Source: a virus
Lineage: Duplodnaviria > Caudoviricetes
DNA: 54,982 bases
Strand: one strand, 5' to 3'
IMG/VR virus record: IMGVR_UViG_3300030329_003381
Span: 1-54,982 of that record
The first letter of the stretch is position 1. Each line of letters begins with the position of its first letter. Both the position numbers and the translations under genes were made by a program. The notes under the pieces were generated by a model, which worked only from the letters and a program-made list of their open reading frames with translations, was not told the DNA's origin and made no database searches. Of the stretch, positions 39,754 through 48,586 are shown one piece after another.

Positions 39754-40025
39754 TGTACACCAGGATTATCTGTCTTATCTCCGGGCATGTTCATTGGAAC
39801 ACCTTTCGATGCAGCTACTTGTTCGACTGTTTTAAATATAAAGTCTAATGCATTAACTACTCCTTCTTCTTGTATAGCTAGCTTTGCTGTTTGATCAGCT
39901 ATACCATCTAGCTTGTACTGTAACATCTTTAAATGTTCATTCAAAGAAGAGTTATCATGCTGTAACTTTTCTATTTGTTTTTCCAGATCCTTTACTTTTG
40001 GTTGTTGTTTTATTTTCTTTTGCAT
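39750..40025 (-). CDS. coiled-coil protein
   Basis: Heptad pattern LEKQIEKLQHDNSSLNEHL. Confidence 0.55.
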   Translation of the reverse strand: MQKKIKQQPKVKDLEKQIEKLQHDNSSLNEHLKMLQYKLDGIADQTAKLAIQEEGVVNALDFIFKTVEQVAASKGVPMNMPGDKTDNPGVQ

Positions 40026-40323
40026 ATTCTTTTTGCACCTCCGAATCTAATGGATTGGAGTAATCTAATTCGACCGTTTCATCTCGTGGCCAATCTTTTA
40101 TTTTTCTCCAGTACTTTGTTTTTCCTAGAGTCTTGAACTCGACAAATCCTAATTGTTCTAAACGTTTTAATCTTTGTAATGCTGCTGGGTGATGAATCTT
40201 TAGGAAGGTTTGTACTTCAGTTGTTGTATAGGCTTGGTCACTTCGCATCCAATCGAGAAGCATAGAGTTGCTTTTCAGCTCTCTTTCTTCGATATTCATC
40301 CAATCATCTAGATCTATAGGCAT
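39955..40323 (-). CDS. winged-helix protein (paralog of 38854-39090)
   Basis: MPIDLDDW..AYTTTEV..HPAALQRLKRL..GKTKYW. Confidence 0.75.
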   Translation of the reverse strand: MPIDLDDWMNIEERELKSNSMLLDWMRSDQAYTTTEVQTFLKIHHPAALQRLKRLEQLGFVEFKTLGKTKYWRKIKDWPRDETVELDYSNPLDSEVQKEYAKENKTTTKSKGSGKTNRKVTA

Positions 40324-40738
40324 GTTTTCTTCTCCTTGATTTCTTATTACTCCATTTATTATATGAAGTAACTAAATGATCTCTGCGTTCCTTTTCTACA
40401 CAAAAACTCTGCCAGTCTTTAAAGTGATGTCTTCCTACATCACCATTCATACCACCGAAAGTTTTAGGTTTTTTTAGCATAACAGAAGACTCGTAAACTA
40501 TCTCACACCATGGCATTTCATGTCTTACTAAATTACCAAAGTTATAGCTTCCGCAATCATGTGTTTTGCAAATCCATCTCTGCCACTTGTGTTTAGGAGC
40601 TTTCTTTATTTTTACCTCTTGTTTCTTTCCGGTCAAACATTCATGGCAAACAAAGCCATCCTTACCTTGTAGTTTATGAAGATTATCTCCACTACTGGAT
40701 GGTGTCCCACACTGTGCACAGGCAATTACATTGATCAT
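40304..40738 (-). CDS. Zn-finger protein
   Basis: CAQC...CHEC, CKTHDC. Confidence 0.55.
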   Translation of the reverse strand: MINVIACAQCGTPSSSGDNLHKLQGKDGFVCHECLTGKKQEVKIKKAPKHKWQRWICKTHDCGSYNFGNLVRHEMPWCEIVYESSVMLKKPKTFGGMNGDVGRHHFKDWQSFCVEKERRDHLVTSYNKWSNKKSRRRKHAYRSR

Positions 40739-41031
40739 CTTAAGTCTGAAGGAACAAATTCTTCGCCAAGCTTCTGCACTGCTGCAGCGACAGCAAATGC
40801 CATCTCGATATCAAAAGCAACACTCTTACCATTCTTTGTAAGAGATAGACATCGCTTTGGATTATCTTTATCTGCGTTCTCACCATCGTATACGATACGA
40901 CTTACGTGCATGATTGCTTTTTGTGGCGTTATAAGATCTATGTGTTCTTCCTCAGACCAATGATTTTCTTTCACTGGTGCTGCGAATTTTTCGATTGTTT
41001 TGTCTTTTAAATCCATCATTCTAATATTCAC
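40735..41031 (-). CDS. hypothetical protein
   Basis: 98-aa coupled ORF. Confidence 0.5.
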   Translation of the reverse strand: MNIRMMDLKDKTIEKFAAPVKENHWSEEEHIDLITPQKAIMHVSRIVYDGENADKDNPKRCLSLTKNGKSVAFDIEMAFAVAAAVQKLGEEFVPSDLR

Positions 41032-41308
41032 CTGTCATTGCTTTACCAATACAGTCGTCGCAACAAGGTATTCCCTTGATTAAATTATCTGCAGTCATAC
41101 TACAAAATTCACAATTCTTTAATTTCTTTATTGAGGCCTCAATATATCTATGAGTCTTACTTTCATAAACTAACTCTCCATTTATTTTTTTCTCACCGCA
41201 TTCCTTACAAAACGCATTGAAAGATGTTCCCCAATAATCCTCCCCTATTTTAATTACTTTAGCACATGCAGTGCATACGTGTTCTTTCTTACCTGTTAAC
41301 ATTCTCAA
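41021..41308 (-). CDS. double Zn-finger protein
   Basis: CTAC..CKEC; CEFC..CDDC. Confidence 0.6.
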   Translation of the reverse strand: MRMLTGKKEHVCTACAKVIKIGEDYWGTSFNAFCKECGEKKINGELVYESKTHRYIEASIKKLKNCEFCSMTADNLIKGIPCCDDCIGKAMTGEY

Positions 41309-41529
41309 TCTACTTCACCTCTATTTGCTAATCGGGCCTCACACCATCTTAATGCAAACCAATCTGCAAAGTCTTGTACTGCTTGCATATCCGCTAATGG
41401 TTTCTGGTTTCCATTTTCTTCTTCATAATCAGTTACTATCTCATCCATAGCAGTAACTGCAGCCATTTTTGGTCCATTATCTTCTACGGTCTTTACAGAT
41501 ATACCCATTTCTACTATCCAATCTATCAT
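41305..41529 (-). CDS. hypothetical protein
   Basis: 74-aa coupled ORF. Confidence 0.5.
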   Translation of the reverse strand: MIDWIVEMGISVKTVEDNGPKMAAVTAMDEIVTDYEEENGNQKPLADMQAVQDFADWFALRWCEARLANRGEVD

Positions 41530-41599
41530 TCTAATGGTTCCTCTCCTTTTGTGTATCCTTTTTTCTTAAGCCAATTTTCATACCAAGGATGGTGTTTTT

Positions 41600-41938
41600 T
41601 CATTCTAGCTTACTCTCTATTAAATTCCTACAGTCTAAACATCGTTTCGATAATTCATTATAGTTCTCATCAACATTTACTTTGCCTTTTTCAAATTTTT
41701 CAAAGTCAGGAAGAGGCGATTGATGTCTCAAGCCACGTTTAAGCATTTCATTAACAATTGCTTTGTGGCGCAAATTAATATTATGTACTTCAACTAGCCC
41801 ATTTTTAGCATAGCCTGTTAAAGTTACTGAAGGATGAGGCGATCGTTTAATAGTCCCTACAAACATATGCAATTCAACATGCTCTCCTAAAAGATGTTGT
41901 TGACACATATATTCTGGATCAACCATCCACATTCTCAT
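41600..41938 (-). CDS. pyrimidine-dimer DNA glycosylase (T4 endonuclease V-like)
   Basis: MRMWMVDP..MCQQHLLGEHVELH..RH..IVNEMLKRG..HQSPL. Confidence 0.85.
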   Translation of the reverse strand: MRMWMVDPEYMCQQHLLGEHVELHMFVGTIKRSPHPSVTLTGYAKNGLVEVHNINLRHKAIVNEMLKRGLRHQSPLPDFEKFEKGKVNVDENYNELSKRCLDCRNLIESKLE

Positions 41939-42026
41939 TTAACTAAAACCTCCAAACTAAAACCATAAATAAATATATATCTCATTTCTCTTACACAATG
42001 CTCACATTCACACAAACCTCGATACC

Positions 42027-42347
42027 TCATTCTTCATTCTCCGGATTATTTAAATCAACAAACTTTGGTACATAATCTATTATAATAGCATCATCAGGCA
42101 ATGTATCTTCTCTTACCTCTTTTTCTTTCTTCTCTGGCTTCCATATCTTCATCCCATATTTCTCACTAACTTTCTTAGCTGCCCACCACTTTCGAACTTT
42201 CGGTCGTGTCTTATAAGGTAACTTTGTAATAATAACTTCGTGCCCTTCATCACTGTGTTGATTTAAAGTCTTATCATCGCAATTAACTCCACATCTGATG
42301 CACCTACCGTAGTACTTCTCTGCTTTGTCATCTAGAATTTTTCCCAT
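42027..42347 (-). CDS. hypothetical Zn-binding protein
   Basis: CIRC..H...H; leaderless start just after a TATA promoter. Confidence 0.55.
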   Translation of the reverse strand: MGKILDDKAEKYYGRCIRCGVNCDDKTLNQHSDEGHEVIITKLPYKTRPKVRKWWAAKKVSEKYGMKIWKPEKKEKEVREDTLPDDAIIIDYVPKFVDLNNPENEE

Positions 42348-42399
42348 AATATATATATAAAGGCGTTTATATATAACTATTTTGGCTTTTTGTGGCGTT
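42348..42399 (-). promoter_or_regulatory. repeated viral promoter, copy 1
   Basis: - strand AACGCC..GCCAA..TTATATATAAACGCC.TTATATATATATT-ATG. Confidence 0.7.
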
Positions 42400-42538
42400 G
42401 GCTCTTATGTCTCAGGTTTGAAACTTTCCATACATTTGGCACATTCTTGCCATTCCCAATCTTTAGGCATTAAATCTCTACAATGCTTACAGACAGGATA
42501 TTCATGTTCTTCATTTGCATTTGTTACATTCATAATCA

Positions 42539-42880
42539 TAAAAGGTCTCAGCGGGAATTCCTCCTACCCTAACCGGACCGAGACCTGTTACTTCATCGAG
42601 GTATCAACGTGCAGTGCTTACAGTGGGCCTTTCAACTCGTGTGAGTCGAGGTACGCTTGTACTAGATATCGTGCAGGGACGTGATGAAGCCTGCTATCGT
42701 ATTAATCCGATAACTATAAAGAGAAAAGACCCATTATGATCAATAATGGGCCTGTTATAGATACTTATTAACTACGTGAGGAGAGATGTGTCGCCAGGGA
42801 CCCGAAGGTGTAGGAGGGACATGTGCACTCGTGAGAAGTTAAGTACCTACCTGTTATACCGTATACGTGATAACTGTAAA
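42539..42880 (-). ncRNA. candidate tandem structured RNAs (two homologous three-hairpin units)
   Basis: Six hairpins; G-U pairs form only on the - strand; cUUCGg loop; four UA(A/G)CAGG motifs; no convincing ORF. Confidence 0.55.
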
Positions 42881-42888
42881 AAAAAAAG
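42878..42888 (-). terminator. oligo-T terminator
   Basis: A10 on the + strand (T10 on the - strand) downstream of 42974-43279. Confidence 0.55.
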
Positions 42889-42973
42889 AGGTCCAAAGAG
42901 TTTGCACCGGGCGTCAAGAGTTACTGGAACTCCCTATGAATGACGTTATACAAGACCAAATTGAGTTGCCCGT

Positions 42974-43279
42974 TTATGCGTCTTTGGATTTCTTCTTTGT
43001 TGTTTTTGGGACTGACCATCTATAGTAGGTTTTAGTGTCTCTTCTACCTTGTTCGATCTTGCCCTCGCTCATCAGCTTATTCAAGACATTTCTTGTATAA
43101 ACCTCGCTCACATGAGACTCTGAAGATATGGTCTTAACAGAGGCCCATAATTGTGGACTTTCGGCTGACAAGGTTTGTAAGCATTTGATCACTCGTTCTT
43201 TCGATGATCCTACTGAGATGCTATCAAAGTCCTCGATTGACCTTGCTTCCACAAGGTCTCGATTAATCTTTTCTTCCAT
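42974..43279 (-). CDS. winged-helix protein
   Basis: SVKTIS..YTRNVLNKLMSEGKIEQ..TKTYYRW. Confidence 0.75.
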   Translation of the reverse strand: MEEKINRDLVEARSIEDFDSISVGSSKERVIKCLQTLSAESPQLWASVKTISSESHVSEVYTRNVLNKLMSEGKIEQGRRDTKTYYRWSVPKTTKKKSKDA

Positions 43280-43333
43280 ACGATATATATATCGTGGCGT
43301 TTAAATATAAAGTTATTGGCTTTATTTCGCGTT
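43280..43333 (-). promoter_or_regulatory. repeated viral promoter, copy 2
   Basis: AACGCG..GCCAA..TTTATATTTAAACGCC, then the 16-bp palindrome ACGATATATATATCGT abutting the ATG. Confidence 0.7.
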
Positions 43334-43532
43334 AGGACGTTTGTTGTATAAGCTGTGGTGCATCCATAACATACTCTTTACCACATCTACCACATACAAC
43401 TTGTGCATTGTATTTAGGGAAGTGGTTAGGTGTATTACAATGATCGCAAACTTGCTTCCATTTTACTGTCCACCCTTCTCTCTCTAGCACAACGGACTTT
43501 ATAATCATCTCGTTGATTTTTTTGCTACTCAT
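43332..43532 (-). CDS. Zn-ribbon protein
   Basis: CDHC...CGRCG. Confidence 0.6.
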   Translation of the reverse strand: MSSKKINEMIIKSVVLEREGWTVKWKQVCDHCNTPNHFPKYNAQVVCGRCGKEYVMDAPQLIQQTS

Positions 43533-43995
43533 ACTTTACTCCGTTCACTGAAACTGAAACTGGTTTTTGTAGTTTCAGAAGATCATCTATACTCACTTCA
43601 TCACCACGACCAATTCTTGTAATAATTTGTGTATACTTGACATCTAGTTTGTCTAGATCATCTGTGGCATACCATAACCACAATTGCTTGTTGATTGCTA
43701 ATACACCTGCATACTTGTTTGGAAATTCTTTCTTCGCTGCTTTGTATTTACGAGGTAATGAATTACCCATAGTTTGTAAATTGATCATTGCGAACTCTAA
43801 TTTCATAAAGCCAATATCGAATTCAGTGTATCTAATTATCTCATCAACTTTTTTGTCCATTCCACAAGTTAAACCTCCGCTTACCTTTACTACTGGCAGG
43901 ACGTGTTCTAAGTCTTGTCCCACAACACGGACAAAATGCTCCTTCCCATAAGATAAATATCCCACAGGAACTACATCTTTTTCTTCCGTCACCAT
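43525..43995 (-). CDS. hypothetical protein
   Basis: 156-aa ORF; overlaps 43844-44068 in another frame, so its start is uncertain. Confidence 0.45.
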   Translation of the reverse strand: MVTEEKDVVPVGYLSYGKEHFVRVVGQDLEHVLPVVKVSGGLTCGMDKKVDEIIRYTEFDIGFMKLEFAMINLQTMGNSLPRKYKAAKKEFPNKYAGVLAINKQLWLWYATDDLDKLDVKYTQIITRIGRGDEVSIDDLLKLQKPVSVSVNGVKYE

Positions 43996-44068
43996 AGTTG
44001 AAGTCTCCCTTGTATCGTTGGTATGATTTGTGTTTTAAACAAATCCCATTGCATGTTTGTACTTTCAT
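43844..44068 (-). CDS. small Cys-rich Zn protein resembling a Nitrososphaerota family
   Basis: CNGIC..Y..G.KRCSSC.IFI.WEG..CPCCG.RLRTRP. Confidence 0.7.
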   Translation of the reverse strand: MKVQTCNGICLKHKSYQRYKGDFNYGDGRKRCSSCGIFILWEGAFCPCCGTRLRTRPASSKGKRRFNLWNGQKS

Positions 44069-44176
44069 TTTCTTTTATGTGTTTCCTTGACATGATTTAT
44101 AACCTCTTTAAAGTTCTTAAAGTCTCCTTTACCACAATGTATACAATGTGTAATGTCATAGGGAGGCATTCGTCAA

Positions 44177-44455
44177 TTACGATTTGGTGAATTCCTTTAA
44201 TGACCTTATAGGGCGACCACTTACAGAGGTCTTATTAACATATAATGAACGGTGTTTACCGCGAGGTTTCGAACGTAACCTTCTATGACAACATATGCAA
44301 TAGAAGGTTTTCCAAGTATCTTTAGGATCAAACCATTTACTGCATCCTTTGCAATACCAAAGTCTCTCATAGATTCTCTGATACCCATTATGTTTACCTG
44401 GCACACGGTCAGCACGCTGTGCATAACGCGCACACACGCCATGACATAGATACAA
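44177..44455 (-). CDS. paralog of 43844-44068
   Basis: CHGVC..Y..YCKGC..CICC..RLRSKPR. Confidence 0.65.
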   Translation of the reverse strand: MYLCHGVCARYAQRADRVPGKHNGYQRIYERLWYCKGCSKWFDPKDTWKTFYCICCHRRLRSKPRGKHRSLYVNKTSVSGRPIRSLKEFTKS

Positions 44456-44456
44456 G

Positions 44457-44645
44457 TTAGTTCTTAAACTCCTTGTACGGATGTGTACTCTTCTTTTGCA
44501 ATTCTATTTGTTCGTCGTGGTGTGCTCTACAAAAGTTCACTTTAGCTTTAACATCTTCAAAGATCCCTTTCTCTTTTTCCACTCGAACTATTGCTTCAAC
44601 TACTATGTCTGTAGGTGCTTCACAACCTACTGCGTCACAGGTCAA
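44457..44645 (-). CDS. small Zn-finger protein
   Basis: CDAVGC...FCRAH. Confidence 0.55.
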   Translation of the reverse strand: MTCDAVGCEAPTDIVVEAIVRVEKEKGIFEDVKAKVNFCRAHHDEQIELQKKSTHPYKEFKN

Positions 44646-45022
44646 TAGTCGTCCTCCTCTTCTTCATCATCACTGCCAAAGTCAATTGTCAATGTTCTAA
44701 TTCTACTACCTTCGTATGTGGCGTATACTGGATATGAACCGTCGCCATATAAAGTATCACATACAATACCAGATTGATATTCGTGGAAGTTTTTCTTCAT
44801 TTCGCTTGTATTCTCTGGAACATACCCTCTAATTTTAAGTAGCTGGTTATAATTCACAGTGTGTCGTTTAGGTACTTCTTCCATACATCCTGTATCTTCG
44901 TTGAGGACTTCTTCCATTTCTCTCTCCTCATCCGGTAGAACGTAACACGGATCAATGATCATTATCTGACCACTATCAACTGCACATTCGCCTATTTTTT
45001 GTCCATCATGCATCATTATCAC
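44642..45022 (-). CDS. DUF4241-like protein
   Basis: IGECAVDSGQIMIIDPCY...YGDGSYPVY. Confidence 0.75.
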   Translation of the reverse strand: MIMMHDGQKIGECAVDSGQIMIIDPCYVLPDEEREMEEVLNEDTGCMEEVPKRHTVNYNQLLKIRGYVPENTSEMKKNFHEYQSGIVCDTLYGDGSYPVYATYEGSRIRTLTIDFGSDDEEEEDDY

Positions 45023-45482
45023 CTCCTAGTTCTCGCATTACCCATAGGAAATCTAAACAAGGTTCTATTTCTAACTTTGTATTCCTATGCCTGCTAAAAT
45101 TGTCATGAGTGTGACCCCACAGTGAAAAACTATTCAATTCAAAGTCTAACGTATCATGCATAAACTTTACTATATCTTCCCATTCGTGACCATATATATT
45201 AATATGTGCTGGGTTACGCTCTTTAGTATAATCCCAATTCTTTTCAATTATACGTACGCTCATATAGTAATCATCTTCTCTATCGTAATGAGGATGTACA
45301 TCTCTGCCTCGTATAAGCCTGCAAGCAAAATCATATGTGAGATTATGACGTTCAGTGTTCTGGTATGGATTATGTCGACTTAGTATTTCTGCTAATCCTC
45401 TAGCTACATACTCGGCGAATTCATCATCTTCCTCCCATGTAACTTTCCATTTACTGCCTTCACCTAATTCAGTCATTGTCAT
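45006..45482 (-). CDS. hypothetical protein
   Basis: 158-aa ORF in the codirectional block. Confidence 0.5.
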   Translation of the reverse strand: MTMTELGEGSKWKVTWEEDDEFAEYVARGLAEILSRHNPYQNTERHNLTYDFACRLIRGRDVHPHYDREDDYYMSVRIIEKNWDYTKERNPAHINIYGHEWEDIVKFMHDTLDFELNSFSLWGHTHDNFSRHRNTKLEIEPCLDFLWVMRELGGDNDA

Positions 45483-45576
45483 TGTACTCCCTAGCTAATT
45501 CTCCTATATCGTCTACGTGTATTAAATCGTCATCTTCAAACTCTTCACTACAGTGTGGACATTTTATTACTGCCAT

Positions 45577-45927
45577 CTAATCACCTCCCTCCATTGTAAC
45601 ATTATCTTCGTTGATTTCTAAAATGAACTGTCCCATTTGTTCACTAGTAAGTTCTCCTGCAGCTTCGACACCCAATGTAGAACGTATCATAGCAGTTGCA
45701 AACTTACCAGCAACAGTAGGTCCTAACAAAATTTGAAATGCTGCATCCCGTTTCCAGGCATCCCAAATCTTACCCATACCTTTACGAGGTACAGTATTTT
45801 CAGAGAACACCATATGATCTACGGCCTGCTCTTCTAACTCACAGTACTGACATATTTCAGTCTTGTTATCTCTACGAGAGAGAATATTTTTTGTTTCATT
45901 TTTATTACATCTAGTACATATCATCAT
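45577..45927 (-). CDS. Zn-finger protein
   Basis: CTRC..NILSRRDNKTEICQYC..E motif. Confidence 0.6.
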   Translation of the reverse strand: MMICTRCNKNETKNILSRRDNKTEICQYCELEEQAVDHMVFSENTVPRKGMGKIWDAWKRDAAFQILLGPTVAGKFATAMIRSTLGVEAAGELTSEQMGQFILEINEDNVTMEGGD

Positions 45928-46196
45928 CGGTGTTCATCCTCATAATCTCTAATTGAATTGTTATCAACAACTCCTATTCCGTCATCTTCGTAGGTATATT
46001 TTAATTTACCTTCACGTTTAGCTTTAATTGATTCAACTATTCTATCTGTTAGTTCACTAATACCTTGTTCTAGTTGGTCCATAAAAACTATTGTAGTTTG
46101 TGCTTGTAATAGTTCCACGTCATCTAATATAACTGTAAGCATTAGTGTGTGTTGTTCTTTGTTTTCCATTCTATCAATTCTAAATTCTTCAGTCAA
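45924..46196 (-). CDS. hypothetical acidic protein
   Basis: Coupled ORF. Confidence 0.5.
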   Translation of the reverse strand: MTEEFRIDRMENKEQHTLMLTVILDDVELLQAQTTIVFMDQLEQGISELTDRIVESIKAKREGKLKYTYEDDGIGVVDNNSIRDYEDEHR

Positions 46197-46408
46197 TATT
46201 CATCATCTCTATCTTCTGGTTCGTATTCAGCTAATTCGAATGTTTTGCATTCGCACTTGTTGCATTTCTCAGACCAATTAGTTTCTTGATTACCTTCATC
46301 ATGCCACTCTAAAGTATGACCACATATGCACGGATCATCATCTTCTAAATGTTCTACATAACGTTCTGCATAAGGAGAATCTCTGTCTCCATATTCTCTA
46401 CCTACCAT
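46193..46408 (-). CDS. small CxCGH Zn-binding protein (similar to 38430-38729)
   Basis: CICGH...H...CNKCEC..F...YEPEDR. Confidence 0.6.
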   Translation of the reverse strand: MVGREYGDRDSPYAERYVEHLEDDDPCICGHTLEWHDEGNQETNWSEKCNKCECKTFELAEYEPEDRDDEY

Positions 46409-46624
46409 CGTTCTTCGTTATTAGTCTCCGCATGGTGCCATTCGAAAAATGCAGGAAGCTCATTAACATAATGCCATGGCTTTTCTAAGAAAGCATACAA
46501 ATCTTTTAACCCGTGCATGTCTCCCCAGTACTCTGCAAAGCGTCGTAAGTATTCATAATCATCAAAGAAAGTATGATCTAGTATGTGTCGGAAACCACAT
46601 ATCTTACACCTGTGATCTGAAGGC

Positions 46625-47020
46625 TTACCATCCGACAATGTGTTTACTCCCGAAGAATGTAGCTGATTGTGCGTCACGTTGATCTTCAAATACATTTGCA
46701 CAGGCATAACATTCTCCATCATAACATGCCATGCATAATTCGTTACCGCATCTATCACAATGCTCATGCCACTCGCATAAGTTACCTTGGCACATAAACT
46801 GAAAGTGCATCTTGACTCCGCACTTTTTATCTACACAATGGGCCAATTCCCATCCTGGAACAACTTTACCATTATATTCCATCCACTCATCTTTAGGTGT
46901 AGATATCCATTCACAGTCTGCCCCACACTTGTAACATCCTTCTTTCTTGATCTTAACGAATCTCTTGGGCTTCTCTGCCTTTAAATCTTCATATATTTTC
47001 CACCAGTTAATTTTTTTCAT
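46625..47020 (-). CDS. Cys-rich Zn-binding protein
   Basis: More than 10 Cys in CxxC pairs. Confidence 0.55.
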   Translation of the reverse strand: MKKINWWKIYEDLKAEKPKRFVKIKKEGCYKCGADCEWISTPKDEWMEYNGKVVPGWELAHCVDKKCGVKMHFQFMCQGNLCEWHEHCDRCGNELCMACYDGECYACANVFEDQRDAQSATFFGSKHIVGW

Positions 47021-47244
47021 ATCGGCATATCTCCTTTATCATCACTCTCTAACCATTTGTTTACTTGAGGACTACTCATAACAAAATGCATTCCTCTATA
47101 AATTGTCCATCCTCTCTCTTGACAAATTGTGTCTATATATTGTAACCCTGTTTTTAATTCATGATCATATTGTGCTAACATAATTACGTGATCAACATTC
47201 TCTTTGAATTCACTATTGTCCCATGGATCTATATTGTCGTTCAT
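47017..47244 (-). CDS. small protein resembling a Nitrososphaerota conserved hypothetical
   Basis: VIMLAQYDHELKTGLQYID...G.TIY; ATG 47244 overlaps the upstream stop (track start 47301); family from recall. Confidence 0.5.
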   Translation of the reverse strand: MNDNIDPWDNSEFKENVDHVIMLAQYDHELKTGLQYIDTICQERGWTIYRGMHFVMSSPQVNKWLESDDKGDMPI

Positions 47245-48227
47245 ATTAATCCAAACGTTCCTATTATACACGCAGCCCCGAATATCCCAAGTATTGCCCA
47301 ACCTAGTTGTTGTTTAAATTCTGCCTTTGATTTTTCTAAGTCAGCATTTTTAATATCTCTATTTAGATAGTCTATGTACTTGTCTTTCTTTAATCTCTTT
47401 AATTTAACCTTAGGCTCTTTTCCATCTAGTGATGGCTCAGAACCTGCATGATGAGTTTCTCTTCTTCTAATATGGTGTGGCTCTGTTAGTTTTAACCATT
47501 GTGGTGAATAAAACATTGCTTGCCCTTTACCGAATCTCTTTATCTTATTCATAATTTCTTTCCTACCTTTACTATCTATGCCATCATCATCTAATAATTC
47601 CTTCACACTTTCCAGGTCTCTATTGGCTTGCATATTCAATATTATATTTAAGTCAGCTTGTGAAAGAATATTTTTATGGAGGATTGAGGCTCTCTGAGTA
47701 ATAGACGTAACGCCGATGCCTCTGCCTCTACCTCTTCTTACAAGATTATCAATAGCTTTAAATGATGCTTTTCCTTCTTTTCCTCCACCCGTTTGTGGCG
47801 CAAAAACATCTGTCTCTTCAATAATTACATGAAGTGGTTTTCTATTTTTCTGATAAAGTTCATTAACAAATTCTGTTACAAATTCTCTCTGCGTATCTTG
47901 ATCCCAATGACTCACATCTATCAGAATAGATTTTTTTAGATCGACTATCAAGTTCGCTAGCTTTGGCCCGTCTCCCATTTCGATATCAATATCACCGTGA
48001 TCTCCTCCGAAGATTGGAATAGAATATAATTCTCTAAGACCCCAATGAGCTCCCATAGGATCTATTACCACAAATGGATAATCATTCTTTGCTAGTTCTT
48101 CTTCTAACACACCTGCCAGATAAGATTTACCTGCACCTCTCTTAGCGAGGATGTTTATGCATTTAGTGATTGTATTGGGAGGTAAACTTATTGTACCTAA
48201 ATGTAACTCTGGTAATTGTTTACTCAT
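47241..48227 (-). CDS. HerA/DUF87-like P-loop ATPase
   Basis: ILAKRGAGKSY, VVIDPMG, IIEETD.FAP, RRGRGRGIGV..ITQR...LHKNILSQ. Confidence 0.88.
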   Translation of the reverse strand: MSKQLPELHLGTISLPPNTITKCINILAKRGAGKSYLAGVLEEELAKNDYPFVVIDPMGAHWGLRELYSIPIFGGDHGDIDIEMGDGPKLANLIVDLKKSILIDVSHWDQDTQREFVTEFVNELYQKNRKPLHVIIEETDVFAPQTGGGKEGKASFKAIDNLVRRGRGRGIGVTSITQRASILHKNILSQADLNIILNMQANRDLESVKELLDDDGIDSKGRKEIMNKIKRFGKGQAMFYSPQWLKLTEPHHIRRRETHHAGSEPSLDGKEPKVKLKRLKKDKYIDYLNRDIKNADLEKSKAEFKQQLGWAILGIFGAACIIGTFGLI

Positions 48228-48480
48228 CTATTTTTCGTCCCCAGTATAAATAAATTAAACATTTTGTAGCTATAAGTTCTTCTATATTTTCTTTACGGTG
48301 CATTCCAGATGCTTCTTTACATATTGCACCTTCATCATTGAGCTGAACATAACGTCTTAAAAAGTTTGATATATGTCCATCTATCTCATCTATCTCTTCA
48401 GGTGTACATTTTTCTAACAAGTCATGTAACTCTTCTGGTTTTAATGGTGCTACTCTGTGTAACACATCTTCTATATTCAT
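48220..48480 (-). CDS. hypothetical protein
   Basis: 86-aa ORF. Confidence 0.5.
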   Translation of the reverse strand: MNIEDVLHRVAPLKPEELHDLLEKCTPEEIDEIDGHISNFLRRYVQLNDEGAICKEASGMHRKENIEELIATKCLIYLYWGRKIDE

Positions 48481-48586
48481 TTATCCAGCTTCTCCACTAC
48501 CAATGATAATAGTTTGTTCATTCGTTTAAGTTCAAGTAAAATATTATGAATGTCTGCATAGTAATCTACTTCATATCCTGTAACCA

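Noticed and set aside
42382-42684. 100-aa + strand ORF across the structured region
   Set aside because: TTG start inside a promoter, antisense to the block, no motifs; probably spurious
42681-42760. Box C/D sRNA or hammerhead ribozyme (GTGATGA on the + strand)
   Set aside because: No CUGA box D and no CUGANGA/GAAA core; G-U asymmetry favours the - strand
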